This document shows positions 38,036 to 49,900 of a stretch of DNA of 64,000 nt, in pieces. Position 1 is the first letter of the stretch, and the number at the start of each line of letters is the position of its first letter. This DNA is from Paraphysomonas bandaiensis (lineage: Eukaryota > Protista > Chrysophyceae), in contig CBFFRP010000324.1 in NCBI GenBank assembly GCA_965644295.1, positions 62,001 to 126,000 on the forward strand, in the 5' to 3' direction. Under the pieces are notes generated by a model, which was given only the letters and a program-made list of their open reading frames with translations, ran no database searches and was not told the origin of the DNA. A program made the translations under genes and the position numbers.

Positions 38036-41000
38036 CTATATACCAACATGTTTATACTTTTCAGTCAATTGCTCGCACTGCAGAGCTAATTCTGCTGACT
38101 TGACCTTTTCCTGATCTAACTCCCTTATTGCGTGCTCTAGTTTCAACTGCAGGGAGGCCAATTTCGCAGATGGAGCAGCTGGTGTCTCTCCTATAGCCCA
38201 TACGGACATCATATTCGTAGTTTTCTTACCTATAGAAGCGTCAGCACCCATTACATATACATACTATACTAAACAGACTGCATGAGCGCAACATACCTGC
38301 TGTTACAGGAAAAGCTGACTCTTCCTCTGCTACCATTGGCGAAGCCTTACCCGGTGCATTCTCTGACGTTATACTCTCTATACTTCCCCTCCTTGGTATG
38401 ACAACCTTCAAAGGGGTTTTGTCTGACTCATTGCAGGTGGGTGACAACGCAGGGGGGTTTACACCACTTCGGTCATTATTTAGCATAACCATGTATTTAA
38501 ATCTCGGTTTAGAAGAAGAGGTATTTTTCTGACTGTCTTGAGAAGCACGCTTACCTTTTCGCAATTCGTTCAGTGCTCTCTGCGAATTTTCTTCTTCATC
38601 CCTCTTTGCAATAAATGCTTGTATAATGAAAGCTACCAATAGTGGTATCACAACCAATGTCATCGTCAGTCTATATGAAAAGAAAAACACCATGCTTTCG
38701 ATAGGCCTTTTCTCTGAAGCTGCAGACATAAAAGGTGTCCAATTCCCTAGCATCGCTACCTCGAAAAGAGTGAAAATAGATTGAAGTAAGGACGAAAAAT
38801 TCATCACATTCTCATATTGTAGCCACCCTGTCGAATCTTCGTTTTCGGGTATGATATTTTCATCATATATATTGCAAAATCTTGTGTGGGCAAATACCGC
38901 AAAGAAATATATCACTGCGAATATGACGAACGTCATCCGAAGTACCAGTGGAAATATGTAAACGAAAACTGAAGACCCTGGAAGTAATGATATAAACCGC
39001 AAAAAACGGCAGCACTGGGCCACAATGAGAGCGTAAAAAACGCCAGTGTATCGGTTGTGAGCGGTATTGCCACGGTAGGCAACTTCAACCATCAATGCCA
39101 AAGATATCACATTGATCAATAAAACGTAACCAAATCCAGTACGTCTTAAATAAGGCATAAATCCATAAGCAATGATTAACAGGCCCATTTCGACCCATAG
39201 AAGAAAGAGAATCACCCAACCAATCACTGTCCATATCGTATACATCAATTGGCCAACGGAAGGAGAAGCAATGATTACTATCTGTACAGCCAATAGCACT
39301 CTAACCACTATAAAAAAAGGACCAAATATATTCACCGTTGGTATATACGTGTGCACAAACTTTCCCAATGCACTATGTGGTGAAAATAAACTGTCAAGTC
39401 TATAGCGGTAGGTAATAAATGTGAGCACATCACGTTGAGTAGTGGAGAACACCCAAAGCCAATCAAAGAAATATGATGGTTTCCTACTGGATGCAGCATT
39501 AAGTTCATTGCTGGAGGCCTCCGTGTATGTGTCCGCAGCTCTGGGGTTGATAGGCACCTAAATATATTGTTAATTAAGTAATAAATCACAAGGAATGTAC
39601 AATACAACTTCGCCTGAACCAAAGTAAAATATTTACATTACAAGCAATCATAAATGTAGAGCATGAAGTGATACACTTACAGGATACCCAAAGTCATACT
39701 CGTTGTCGCTATATACACTTAGAGCAGATGGTTGTTGCGATACTTTTACTGGAGACATACTGAACGGAAAATCATCTTCCTCGGCAGATGAGGTATGTGG
39801 AGCGATAATATACTCTCCGATATCATTGCTACTGCATGTATGACTTACAGGGAGGTCTGCTGTCGGCTCCCCAGATTCCAGTGAATGGTAGTGGGAATGA
39901 GACGGAGAATTCATACCGTCACATAAATCTAGGCGAGACTGTTGCACCGAACTGTCTGTATTGCTTCTTTCGATCTCAGGAAACAGAGTGCTATCATGAT
40001 TCTCTTTTTGTGAGGAGGTGTTATCTGTATCACTATTGGCATCTCTATCGTAAGCACTGATGTCATCTCCATTCCTCTTTTGAAACTCGGTAGAACGCTC
40101 AATGTAAGTAGGATCCGTCAGTCCACTTGCGCCTGACATTTCAATCTCATTGATAAACGATGGCACTGGATCTTTAAGATCGAAAGTGTCGTACAGCTTA
40201 TCCTCAATGAATACGGTTGGAATGCGGCTAACATCAATATCTATCCTGTCAGAGAGCAACGCACAGAGTTTGAAGAGACCGATGATATCTATGCACTGTA
40301 TCGGCATGTCTTTCCTTCGCTCCAACTCAAAAAGGGCTTCCGCCATTACCCTACTGACTTTATTTTTCCCAGTGATGTGTCTACAAAACCCAATCCAGGT
40401 CTTTTTAGAAATGAAACCCTCATCATCAGATAACATCTCATGGATAGATATGATAGCCTGCCGCCGATGGCGTAACTGGCGCGCAAACACTCTCCCAGCG
40501 AACAACCTGAACTGTCTGTTGCCGATAGCAATTATGAGGTTCATACATATTAAATCCCCTACATATACTAAAGAAACGAAGTACAGAGCTGTTGTTGCGT
40601 TTACATCGAAATAAGGAGCAAGGGTGAACAAGCTGTAAGACCTCGACGTAATGCAGTTTAACGTGGTTAGTAAGGCATCAGGAAAGCTGTTATATAAAGA
40701 TCCATTTTCTACCTGAACACTTTGAAAGGTAACATATCCAACATACGACCACAGCATGTACACTCCAAGAAACAGTCCCAGAACTTTCCACGACTTCGAG
40801 AAGGATATGCACATACCTTCAATTATGTTCTGGAGACTATTCCGTCTTGATAGATATATTAGAGGTATTAACGATCTCGAATATCTGATGGGCTTGTGTG
40901 TAGCGAAAAAGTACATAGTATCGACGAATATAATCAAGCACGCAATAAGGCGAAATAAAACCCACTTGTCCTTATACCACCCACCACCAGGGGAATTCCA

Positions 41001-41483
41001 TCGATGTTGGGAATTAACTACAATTCTGAGATATGCATCGAGAAGATAAAACCCAATAGCCACAAGATCAACGCACCGCACACCCAATGGAGATACGTAT
41101 TTACCTCCCCCAGTACTATTGATATTAATATGCTCATCCCTTTGCAATATAACCCATGGACATGAGGGTTCCATGAAAAAAGGAATGCAAGTGTGAATAA
41201 AATATATTACAGTGAACAGAAACAGCCACGACTGTGAACCAGATATAATATATGCATTCAATTCGTATCGATTCTGCGGATAGTCGATTTTCAAGCCAAA
41301 CGTTCCGTGTTTGAACCACATAGCAGCCAAATACTCCTTCTCTGAGTCACTTAATTCAAAACTTGGTGGCATATCGATATTAATATCCACTTTGTAAAGT
41401 AGATCGACCCATTCATCTTGTCTTTTTCTCAGTTCCGGGTCGATATCATCGTAACTAAGTTCAAGAGCCCTTCTGTCGTTCAT
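38036..41483 (-). CDS. Two-pore channel (TPC)-like cation channel, multi-exon
   Basis: Two 6-TM blocks. S4-like IRYSRSLIPL and CRFLRF, pore I YNSFPDALLTTLNCITSRSY, S6 MNLIIAI, EF-like DDEGFISKKTW, pore II MNFSSLLQSIFTLFEVAMLGNW, S6 LLVAFIIQAF, C-terminal coiled coil. Confidence 0.8.
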
Positions 41484-41694
41484 GATTACAATCTTTCAAT
41501 AGGGGGATACTCAGATGTCACTCTACCCTGCCTGATAGAGCATATTCACCACATGCAACACACCACATTGACCCGTACATACAATTATATAACACTTTTA
41601 TTACAGGGTGTTATGGCGAGAGATGGAGACACCATATGCGCCGCTGCTAACACTGCATTGTAACACAGCAGTGTGGTACATGCAGATATATGTA

Positions 41695-41910
41695 TACGGC
41701 ATACTGCTGTATATAGCTATATGTATGAGGCAGACTGCAGAGTATAGCACTAAGTTCTACTCCACGGCCACGTACATGTATGTATACTGCTGTATACTGT
41801 TGTAGTATAGGATAAAATTTCCTTTTGTCCACTATGTCCATCTTGAATACATCAGTGCCATATCCTTGTACCGCTATACCGCTGTACCGCTGTACTGCTG
41901 TATGTGTACA
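41695..41910. promoter_or_regulatory. Cluster of TACTGCTGTA motifs in the TPC/MHYT divergent promoter
   Basis: Exact copies at 41702, 41785 and 41893, and an 8-bp tandem array TACCGCT(A/G) at 41869-41900. Confidence 0.6.
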
Positions 41911-42266
41911 GTGTATATGGATACATACATGCATGTCCTGAGCAGCTCATATGTAGCCCGTACACTCACACTCCCGTTGTTCCGGGAGAAGAGAAACCGT
42001 TTTCTAGGTCTGTGTGTCCAGAAAACTGCGTCTGCTTGGTGTGCATGCAACCATAGTCCGTCACTGGTATCGTCATTACTCCACTGCATAATCCCTGTCT
42101 ATAAGCCATCAAAACAGCTATATTATACACACGATATCTTTACTTCATTACAGTGTAAATCGCTTTTATCGTTTATATCGTTGTTGCATATCGCTTCTGT
42201 GCTCATTAATCTGGCAGAGTTTTTGATGGCATAGCTCATTGACAGCAACTGTACGGTTCGTGAAAT

Positions 42267-43409
42267 ATGGTGTCCATTGAAGAAGAACTAAATACTGGGA
42301 TTCTCTTTGTCGCTATTGGAGTCGCATTCATTGGCTCTTATACCGCTGCTTCACTTTCGGAACTCTTTCGGGTCAATTGTAAGCATCAATTCAGTACTGC
42401 TAAACTGTACACATACCTTTTAGCTATAGCGATAGTCATCGCATGTGTAAGCTCATGGTGTGTGCTTCTTGTTGGTATGAACTCCCTCGTACTAAAATTT
42501 GATGGACGTGTTGTTTCTGTTCGATATGACATTGGGGTATTACTGATTGCATTGATATGTGGGGTTCTAATGACTTTTATGGGGTTGTTTGTCGCTACTA
42601 TGGATAAGTTGTACCTCAAAGAACGAAATGAAATTGTAACCACCCTGATGAAGACGTGTGCGTCAATGACAATAGGAAGACTACAAAACAAATGGGTGCT
42701 ATGGCAGGTAATAATGCTGCATAATACAAAGCATATTGTCATGGGAGGGCTCCTTACTGGCGCTGGCACATGTGTCGTACACTACTTACTCATGACGGCC
42801 AGAATTGGGCCTTTTAGTGTTAGTTACAACTATGGTGTCATTGTTGGATCAGTTGTTGTTTCTTGTCTATCTTCTGTTCTTGCCTTCTGGGTTCTCTTTC
42901 GACTTCTTGCATTGCATCCTCACAAAGAGAATTACCGTTTGGCTAGTGCTGTCATTATGACAATCAGTTCTTGTGGTATGCACTACACAGGAATGTCTTC
43001 GGCGTCGTACACGTTTTCTGCAAGCAGTTCAAGCCGGCATGTGACTGGAGCGACTATGTCTTCCTCTAGTGCGGTGATTGGAGCAGTGGCTGGTGGAATT
43101 CTGTTAAGTTGGATAATTGTAATGTCTATTTTTTCCAACATGCGGGATTGGCACTACAAGCTCACATCTTCCCTTCGTGCATCCAAAAAGACAGTCGAAT
43201 CGATGATTCGAGATGAGGACTTTCTTCTTAAGCAGTCGATAGATATGGGTGCATCGTGCTGTGAAATTGACCCCACTGCAATTAATGGTATGTCCGATAC
43301 TTCGCCTGGAAATAAGATATCATACCGACAAAGGGTTTTCCCTGAAGTAAGAGAAGAGGATGCAGACGACAAGGAGTCCAGCCAGTCACATTCTGAGCAC
43401 AATGTGTAG
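42267..43409 (+). CDS. Stand-alone MHYT-domain membrane protein; intronless
   Basis: VAFIGSYTA start motif, repeats SWCVLLVGM / CVVHYLLM / CGMHYTGM, VSVRYD and VSYNY strands, 7 TMs, short acidic tail. Confidence 0.88.
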   Translation: MVSIEEELNTGILFVAIGVAFIGSYTAASLSELFRVNCKHQFSTAKLYTYLLAIAIVIACVSSWCVLLVGMNSLVLKFDGRVVSVRYDIGVLLIALICGVLMTFMGLFVATMDKLYLKERNEIVTTLMKTCASMTIGRLQNKWVLWQVIMLHNTKHIVMGGLLTGAGTCVVHYLLMTARIGPFSVSYNYGVIVGSVVVSCLSSVLAFWVLFRLLALHPHKENYRLASAVIMTISSCGMHYTGMSSASYTFSASSSSRHVTGATMSSSSAVIGAVAGGILLSWIIVMSIFSNMRDWHYKLTSSLRASKKTVESMIRDEDFLLKQSIDMGASCCEIDPTAINGMSDTSPGNKISYRQRVFPEVREEDADDKESSQSHSEHNV

Positions 43410-43861
43410 AGTTATGTCTTGTAATATAGATGTTACCATGGAATCTGTGATTTTGAATATTATTCTTTGCATCTGCATTCCTTATGTATGTAATTTTCTG
43501 GTATATATATTTGTCATATATACGAATATGTAAAATAAATATATTTCAAGGTGTTTGTGTAATTGTGTTATATTTATCTAACCGTCACTGAAAGCAGACT
43601 CACTAAAGGTCTCTTTTGTGAACACGTTGAAAGATAAGTAAACGACAGTGTGATCATTGAGGTAGCTAATAAGTCAACTGAAATCAATAATTTACACTCT
43701 TGGGCAGTTGGACAGCCCATAATATATACTTTAGATTAGCTAATAGTAGTTCATGTCTTTTTTTTTGCAAAAAGAAAATTATTCATAAAACTTCGCCAAC
43801 TTCGAATTATGCTCTAATTAATAAAACTCTATACTTGTGCATATTATATATATATAATATA

Positions 43862-44034
43862 TATTAAAGTCATATTATTAGCAATATAGAGGTGTCAAGA
43901 ATCTGCACCAGATAAATAGCTAGAGAAACTCCTACCTGTAACTAACTAGTACAAATTGTCATATCCTACTATGTTACGCAACGAAAGCTGCTTGTGCGTC
44001 GCAACAACGACCAAGATGCAACCACTTCCGTTCT
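43862..44034 (+). repeat. Interspersed repeat family A (~190 bp), copy
   Basis: Alignable to 53462-53654 and, in reverse complement, to 53904-54093 (TATTAGCAATA...CTGCACCA...CTACCTGTAACTAA...ACGAAAGCTGCTTGTGCGTCG...GCAACCACTTCCGTTC). Partial copy at 6361-6425. Confidence 0.85.
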
Positions 44035-45304
44035 TTTATGTGAGGGAGAAGATCTCTATATGGGGGTGAGTCCTTGGAGTGCAGATGGGTTTGGTCAGGG
44101 GGGCGTCCCTTGGGGTAGTGCTCTGCAGGGCACATAAGTCTGAATTAGTAAGTCAAGTGTTTCTAGCCTAAGATACATGGGCGAGGGGCTAGAGTAGGGA
44201 TCCGGCTTGTCTGGAGATGGCGCGGGCTGTGAGGCGGAGGAATAGCTGGTGGAGAAATAACGGCTCCTGGCATGTCCATCTGCACAGGGGTTGTGGGAGA
44301 GGTAGACGTATGGGGGTGAGCTACGTTTCCTCGTTGCACCAAGTAAGCGAAGAACCAGTGGTTTCCGTCGTGTGTTTCTACGTTTCGATTGTGTGTTGCT
44401 ACGTTTCTGACGTGTTCTGGGGGAGAGGTTATGTGGCCCCTTGGGTGTGTGGTAACGTAACGGCGACTGCGATGTTGAAGCATAAAGCGGCTGGACAAGA
44501 ATGACAACAGCCTTTTCTAAAGTACGAAGTCCTCGTGCCAGAGCCAGTTAATGCGGAATTAAGGCACTACTCTCTTTCCAGTAAATGGGTGCGCGATCAA
44601 AGTTATGACTGACCGTAGAGTTGGTCGCGAAGCGCAGTATAATTTTCAAGCGCCCATTGATCACGAAGAGTGCTATATTCCAAACGTGAGAATGAGTTCC
44701 ATGGCTCGGGCACCATAGATTTCACTTTGTAAGTAACCTCTCGAACAACATACATACTGAGAAATCTGTTACAGAATGATTAGTACTCTATTCAGACCCA
44801 TTAGAATACAACATTACACCTATCCTTACATTCCCCCAATGAAATTTTATCTTTCCTCTTGACGGAATAATGACATATCTATATAAGATTTTCACATTCT
44901 GTTCTCCCTCGTGTGTTCAATGAATAAGTTTCTCGTTGAGTTTACGTACCTATAAAATATACTGTATTCGCTGTTAAGGATGCATAATCGATAAGTAGTG
45001 ATACTTACAAATGAACCTCATTTTTACCCCCTGGACTATTATAATATATTATAACATCCATGCGCTTACAGTTTTGAGGACCAGGGTCTACAATTGCGCA
45101 TGCGCCAGTGAGGCAGTAGTCTCGATGCTATATAATATATTACATACTGATGGTGGAATGTAGTTCCAATTGGGCATTCCAATGATAGAGATATTATTAG
45201 GATACAAGCATCAAACTATTTAGACACATCAAACAAATTGTATGTAAGTATGTAATAATATGTAAAATTGGTGAAGCACATGCACAAAAGTAGCATGTTA
45301 GTTC

Positions 45305-45760
45305 CCACACGCGATGGTTTCACTCCGAAGGTGCAGCTGTCGTCTGGCTTCCACTGGAATGCGATTGGGGATGTGGTCGCCTGACGACTCCTGTGTGAGA
45401 GATGAGAGATGTACCAGGCATTGACCCGTATGCGTACAAAGTACTAGCAGTTGCCACAGCACTCATATTGTCCTCACCAGTACCTACCCACATTCCTATC
45501 AATACTGACTGACTGTAAGGCTGCATGCATGAAAGCTGGGAAAAAGCTCTCTCCTCACGACAACATGCGCTAGGGAATCATGCTAAAAGGGTCTTCCTAG
45601 AGAGCATCGCGGCAACTAAGACGCGTACTTAGAGGAACATTAACTGGGTCTGCTCCAACCCCAGAGGCGCACCACTGACGAAGCTGAATATGGACATTTG
45701 AAGACAAAAAGGAATTTACATAGCAGACGCGGTTGCAGGCGGTGGCTGGTTAGAGATTGA
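45305..45760 (+). pseudogene. Degenerate retroelement RNase H domain (non-LTR type)
   Basis: Across stops and frameshifts: GAAVVW ... YAYKVLAVATAL ... INTD(C)KAA ... INWVCSNP ... KGIYIADAVAG, the order and spacing of RNase HI motifs. A 4-bp GACT duplication disrupts the TDC motif. Confidence 0.6.
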
Positions 45761-46396
45761 CTTCATGCTAGGTCATCACAATTACACTTTCTGTGAAGCA
45801 CAATACCTGTACATCTCTTGTTTGTAACTGTCCTACCTAGATTTTGGGATAATGGTCGATACTGCCCCCACTCGCTAGCCGTACATCACTTGCGAGGTAT
45901 ATGTAGTACATTTATAGCTCTCTACGTTATTTCGTAATTTTGTCACCAGGGGACGTTGATGTGAAGTATATGTCCAGCTCAATCAGGCCTGCCAGGAAAC
46001 GCGGCCGGCCTCGTAATGCAGTCAAAGCTCTTTTATCAATGATGAATCCATTGATGTCATGGCCCTCAAGCAAGGGAACTGGAAGAATACGTACATTCGC
46101 CACCCCCAGTACCTGAATGGTATGTGCGTAGATTACCGCGTAGTGCCGAATCACAAGAATCAAAGCTCCTTCGATGGCAGTGTCGGTTCTCGGATGCCCC
46201 TGATGACATACTTCCCCATCATGATTGTTGTGTTCGATGTCCATGAAATGAAGGAGGCTGTCGAACTTCACCGGACTTGGTCACAAGAAATTGCGCAATT
46301 CTCGTTCGATTGCGAAGATGAAATGTGATGTATTGCATGTGTACAATGGTTGCATTTTCATTAATTGATGGCTAGAGTATGCTCCCATGTTTGAGT

Positions 46397-46543
46397 GGAA
46401 ATTATTATTTCCGCCGAGGCGAATACCCTAAATCACCTAGTCAACCTAATCATTGTAAACGGAAAATATGAATTATTAAATGACACCAATTTTGGTGTGA
46501 CTAGGTAGATCAACCAATTTGATTAGGTTGAATAATAATTCCC
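46397..46543. mobile_element. ~147-bp MITE-like inverted-repeat element
   Basis: Termini GGAAATTATTATT / AATAATAATTCCC. Internal inverted pairs ACCTAGTCA/TGACTAGGT and CAACCTAATCA/TGATTAGGTTG. Confidence 0.6.
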
Positions 46544-46929
46544 TATATTGATTGATGGAGGAGTCACACTTCCTCGTCAGCGGCAAATAAAGTAAATCAG
46601 AAGGAATTTATTTCAGACTTCCGCTCAGCACGTTTGTGCTTTTATCTCTATCCACTTCAGAACATTACTCGTAAAGGGATAGCTGACTATTGATCACAGC
46701 TACGACTATGATATATCACGACAGACCAAGTTATCGTACAGAATACGCTATTCCAAATTCCCAGAGTTCAGAATAATTCACATAGTATTAGTTTTAAGTT
46801 TTACGTAACTTACTTCTTTCACAAAGAAACTCACATAAATACCACCATACTTTAAAATGTAGCAATTTACATCACGTTGTTCAAGAAGAGTCCTACGACA
46901 GGGTATATTTTGTGCCCTTTTATAGTTCT

Positions 46930-49900
46930 CTATAATTTTATCGAATCCCATACAATCACTCTTCCGTCAGCAGATCCTGAAGTCAATTTGCTTCCGTCTG
47001 CATTCCACGAGAGCGAAATGACAGCATCCTGATGACCTCTGAACAGGGAATGTAGAGTTGCGGTCGTGCAACTCCACACCATTATAATTCCATCGATATC
47101 TCCAGAAGCAATCCTTTCACCATCCGGACACCAGACGACAGCTTTAACAGAACGCATGTGGTCGCGGAACACGGCAAACACGGCGGTAGGCTGAAACGCA
47201 CTCCAAACTTTGACGTACCCATCATCAGATGCCGATGCTATTTTATCACTCATTGGACTCCACGATATCGATGAAACGGAGAGCTTATGATCATGAAATG
47301 TATATGCTTTTTTATTGGATACATTCCAAACACGAACACGGTTGCTTAAGGTACCTGCCACAACACTTCGACTATCAGGACTCCAAGCAACACTAGTAAT
47401 AAAATAATCACTTGTATTCTTTAAAGTTTTAAGTTTAGTTCCGCTTTCAGCATTCCATACAACTACAGTGGAGTCTTTCGAGCCAGTCGCTATGAGTTGC
47501 GCGTCCGGGCTCCACGCAATCGTTGTGATATCAGCAGTGTGACCTTCCGTAAGAGAAAGTATTAACTCACCTTTCATAGGGTTCCATACTTTGGCTGTAC
47601 AATCTCTTGAGCCTGATGCCAGTAATGCACCATCTGGTTTCCATGACAAACAAGTCGCTCCTTTCTTGTGACCTCTGTATTGAGCTAAGGTCAAACCCTG
47701 CAAGGAATCCCACAAGAATATACATTCATCATCAGCAACAGAGGCTACAAGTTTACCATCTGGGGAAAAAGCCACACAACACACTGCATTCCGAAAATGC
47801 ATATTAGCATCAGGAGTATTAACAACACAGAGTCCCCGAACCCAACTGTCTTCTAAAAAAGTTCCATCTTCACTGTTCCAGTGCATATACTGTAACATGT
47901 CTGTCCGTACCATTGAGTCCTGTGGTTGCGATGTAGCCGTCACAGGTATCATGACGCTGGGACATTGAGCCATATCATTAATGGCGGAGGCCATCCAATC
48001 AAAATAATGCTCTACTTTCAACGCCATTTGTTTACTTAACTTAGTACTTGACCAATCAATAACTTGGAACATTTCATGGAGATTTTCTAATTCGGTCTTA
48101 ACTTCAAATCCCTGACCGCACTTTAGAGCAGCACATATGTAATCAAAGTCACACAAATCTTCAACAGCTTCTGCAATCATTCCTGCCTTAATCATATGAT
48201 ATATTGCCTCCACACACCTTCTGTGATGTGGCTTGGATGAAGGAAGCCAAACGCTGCGACCGGCCATGTCCAACGGAGAAGGAGCAATATTCTTCGTCTC
48301 ACGTACAGTCGCGTCGATCCTATTGCTGAAATAGCACCCTAGAATTCTATGAATTGCTCTCTTCCCTTCGTTGGTACCATTCGAATAACGCTCTTCGGCC
48401 AATACCTGCAATGTTTTGTGGCGCCATGAAACGCAACCGTGCAGCTGCTCAATAATTAAACCACCTAATGCTGATCGCAATTGAGCCCATTTGGAGAATG
48501 GAATACGCACATAATCTGACGAACTTTTTGTAAAAGTGGATTTCACGATCTCATCATCCATCGAAAGCATATCATCCATCTCACAGTCATTTATACCTCG
48601 CCGAGAGAAAGTCATTAGGCCTAATGCTTTACGGGTTAAATTTTCACCACACTGTTGCTCTATGCTCTCCATGAGCTGAGAAAATACACCTGCCAGGGAC
48701 AACTCCAGCTCAGGTTCACCAAAACCACTTCTCCAACTTCGTATAACGCGAGCAACCATACTGATGAAAAGCGCAGTCGGTTCTTCCGCTATGCTATTCA
48801 TCGCTATTGTCCATTGCCTCTTCGTCAGAGTACGAGAGCACATATGCGACAAATACGATTCCAAAAACTTCCTCGCCTCACTCTTTTCCTCCCCTGGCTT
48901 GGATGGACCCTTTTCTCTCTTGTGAGATATAGCTCCTTCGTTATCATTATCCATTATATCTTGGCTCATACTTCCACTAATACTATCATTAGATGATATT
49001 TTTGACATGCTCCGTTGCATTCCCGGTATGTCAGTGGAAAACTCGCCTACAAGCAGCGTGGGAATTTCTTCCCGCGTTAAAATATCACTCACCCCAACTT
49101 TGTCTCCACTTGTAGTCGATATAACAATACGGGTATCGCAATGAGGGTTTAAGTCACGCAAAAACAACGCTCCGTCAGATACCATATCCAGGCCATCTAA
49201 TATCAAAATAACAGCGTGTGTTCTCAGCAGTAGCTGCAAAATCTCCCAGTCACTCATATGCTTCACATATTGGGAATCAGCTCGTCCCATTAAATATTCT
49301 ATTTGTAATCGTAAGCTCCGTACAAGTGCTGCACCGTGAATACTATTTTCCGTAGTACCGCAAAAGCGAACTATTACTGGACGAGGAGTGTGCACTCGAA
49401 GTCCTTTCTTACGACTTTTGGATGTTAATTTATGCTTCTCAATTTCACAATCATACATCATACTAGCAAATTTAGCCATAACAGCAGACTTCCCGACCCC
49501 TGTTGCTCCTTTGAAAGCAAATGAGATGCAGTTGTACCTGCCAGTTGCAGACTTTTCCTTCAGTGCGCCGACAATGGTACGAGCCCGTACATTTCGTGGG
49601 TCAGACACTGATCGATTTGGTAAAGCAGCGTGTTCCAGTGCTTCTGACATCAGTCCTTCCCTTCCAAAAAATGAAATGCACAGATCATGTGCCCATTTAC
49701 AATGATGTAAAAACTCCTCTGCAACATGACCAGGGACTCCTAGGCCACACCCATCCGTCTCCCACTTCAAGCGAAGTCCAAGGATAGCTTGGAGCTCGTC
49801 CCTCAAAGTACTAAATGTCTCATCCTCCCACTGGTTCACATAGAACTGACACGGATTCTCGCCATCCACAACTGACTCGTATGACACATCTCTGTCGCAA

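Noticed and set aside
44095-44140. RT motif-like LPQG on the minus strand
   Set aside because: Followed by a stop with no YADD motif; could be chance.
46555-46630. Hammerhead-like CTGACGA plus GAAA on the minus strand
   Set aside because: Stem I and the UH cleavage triplet cannot be formed.
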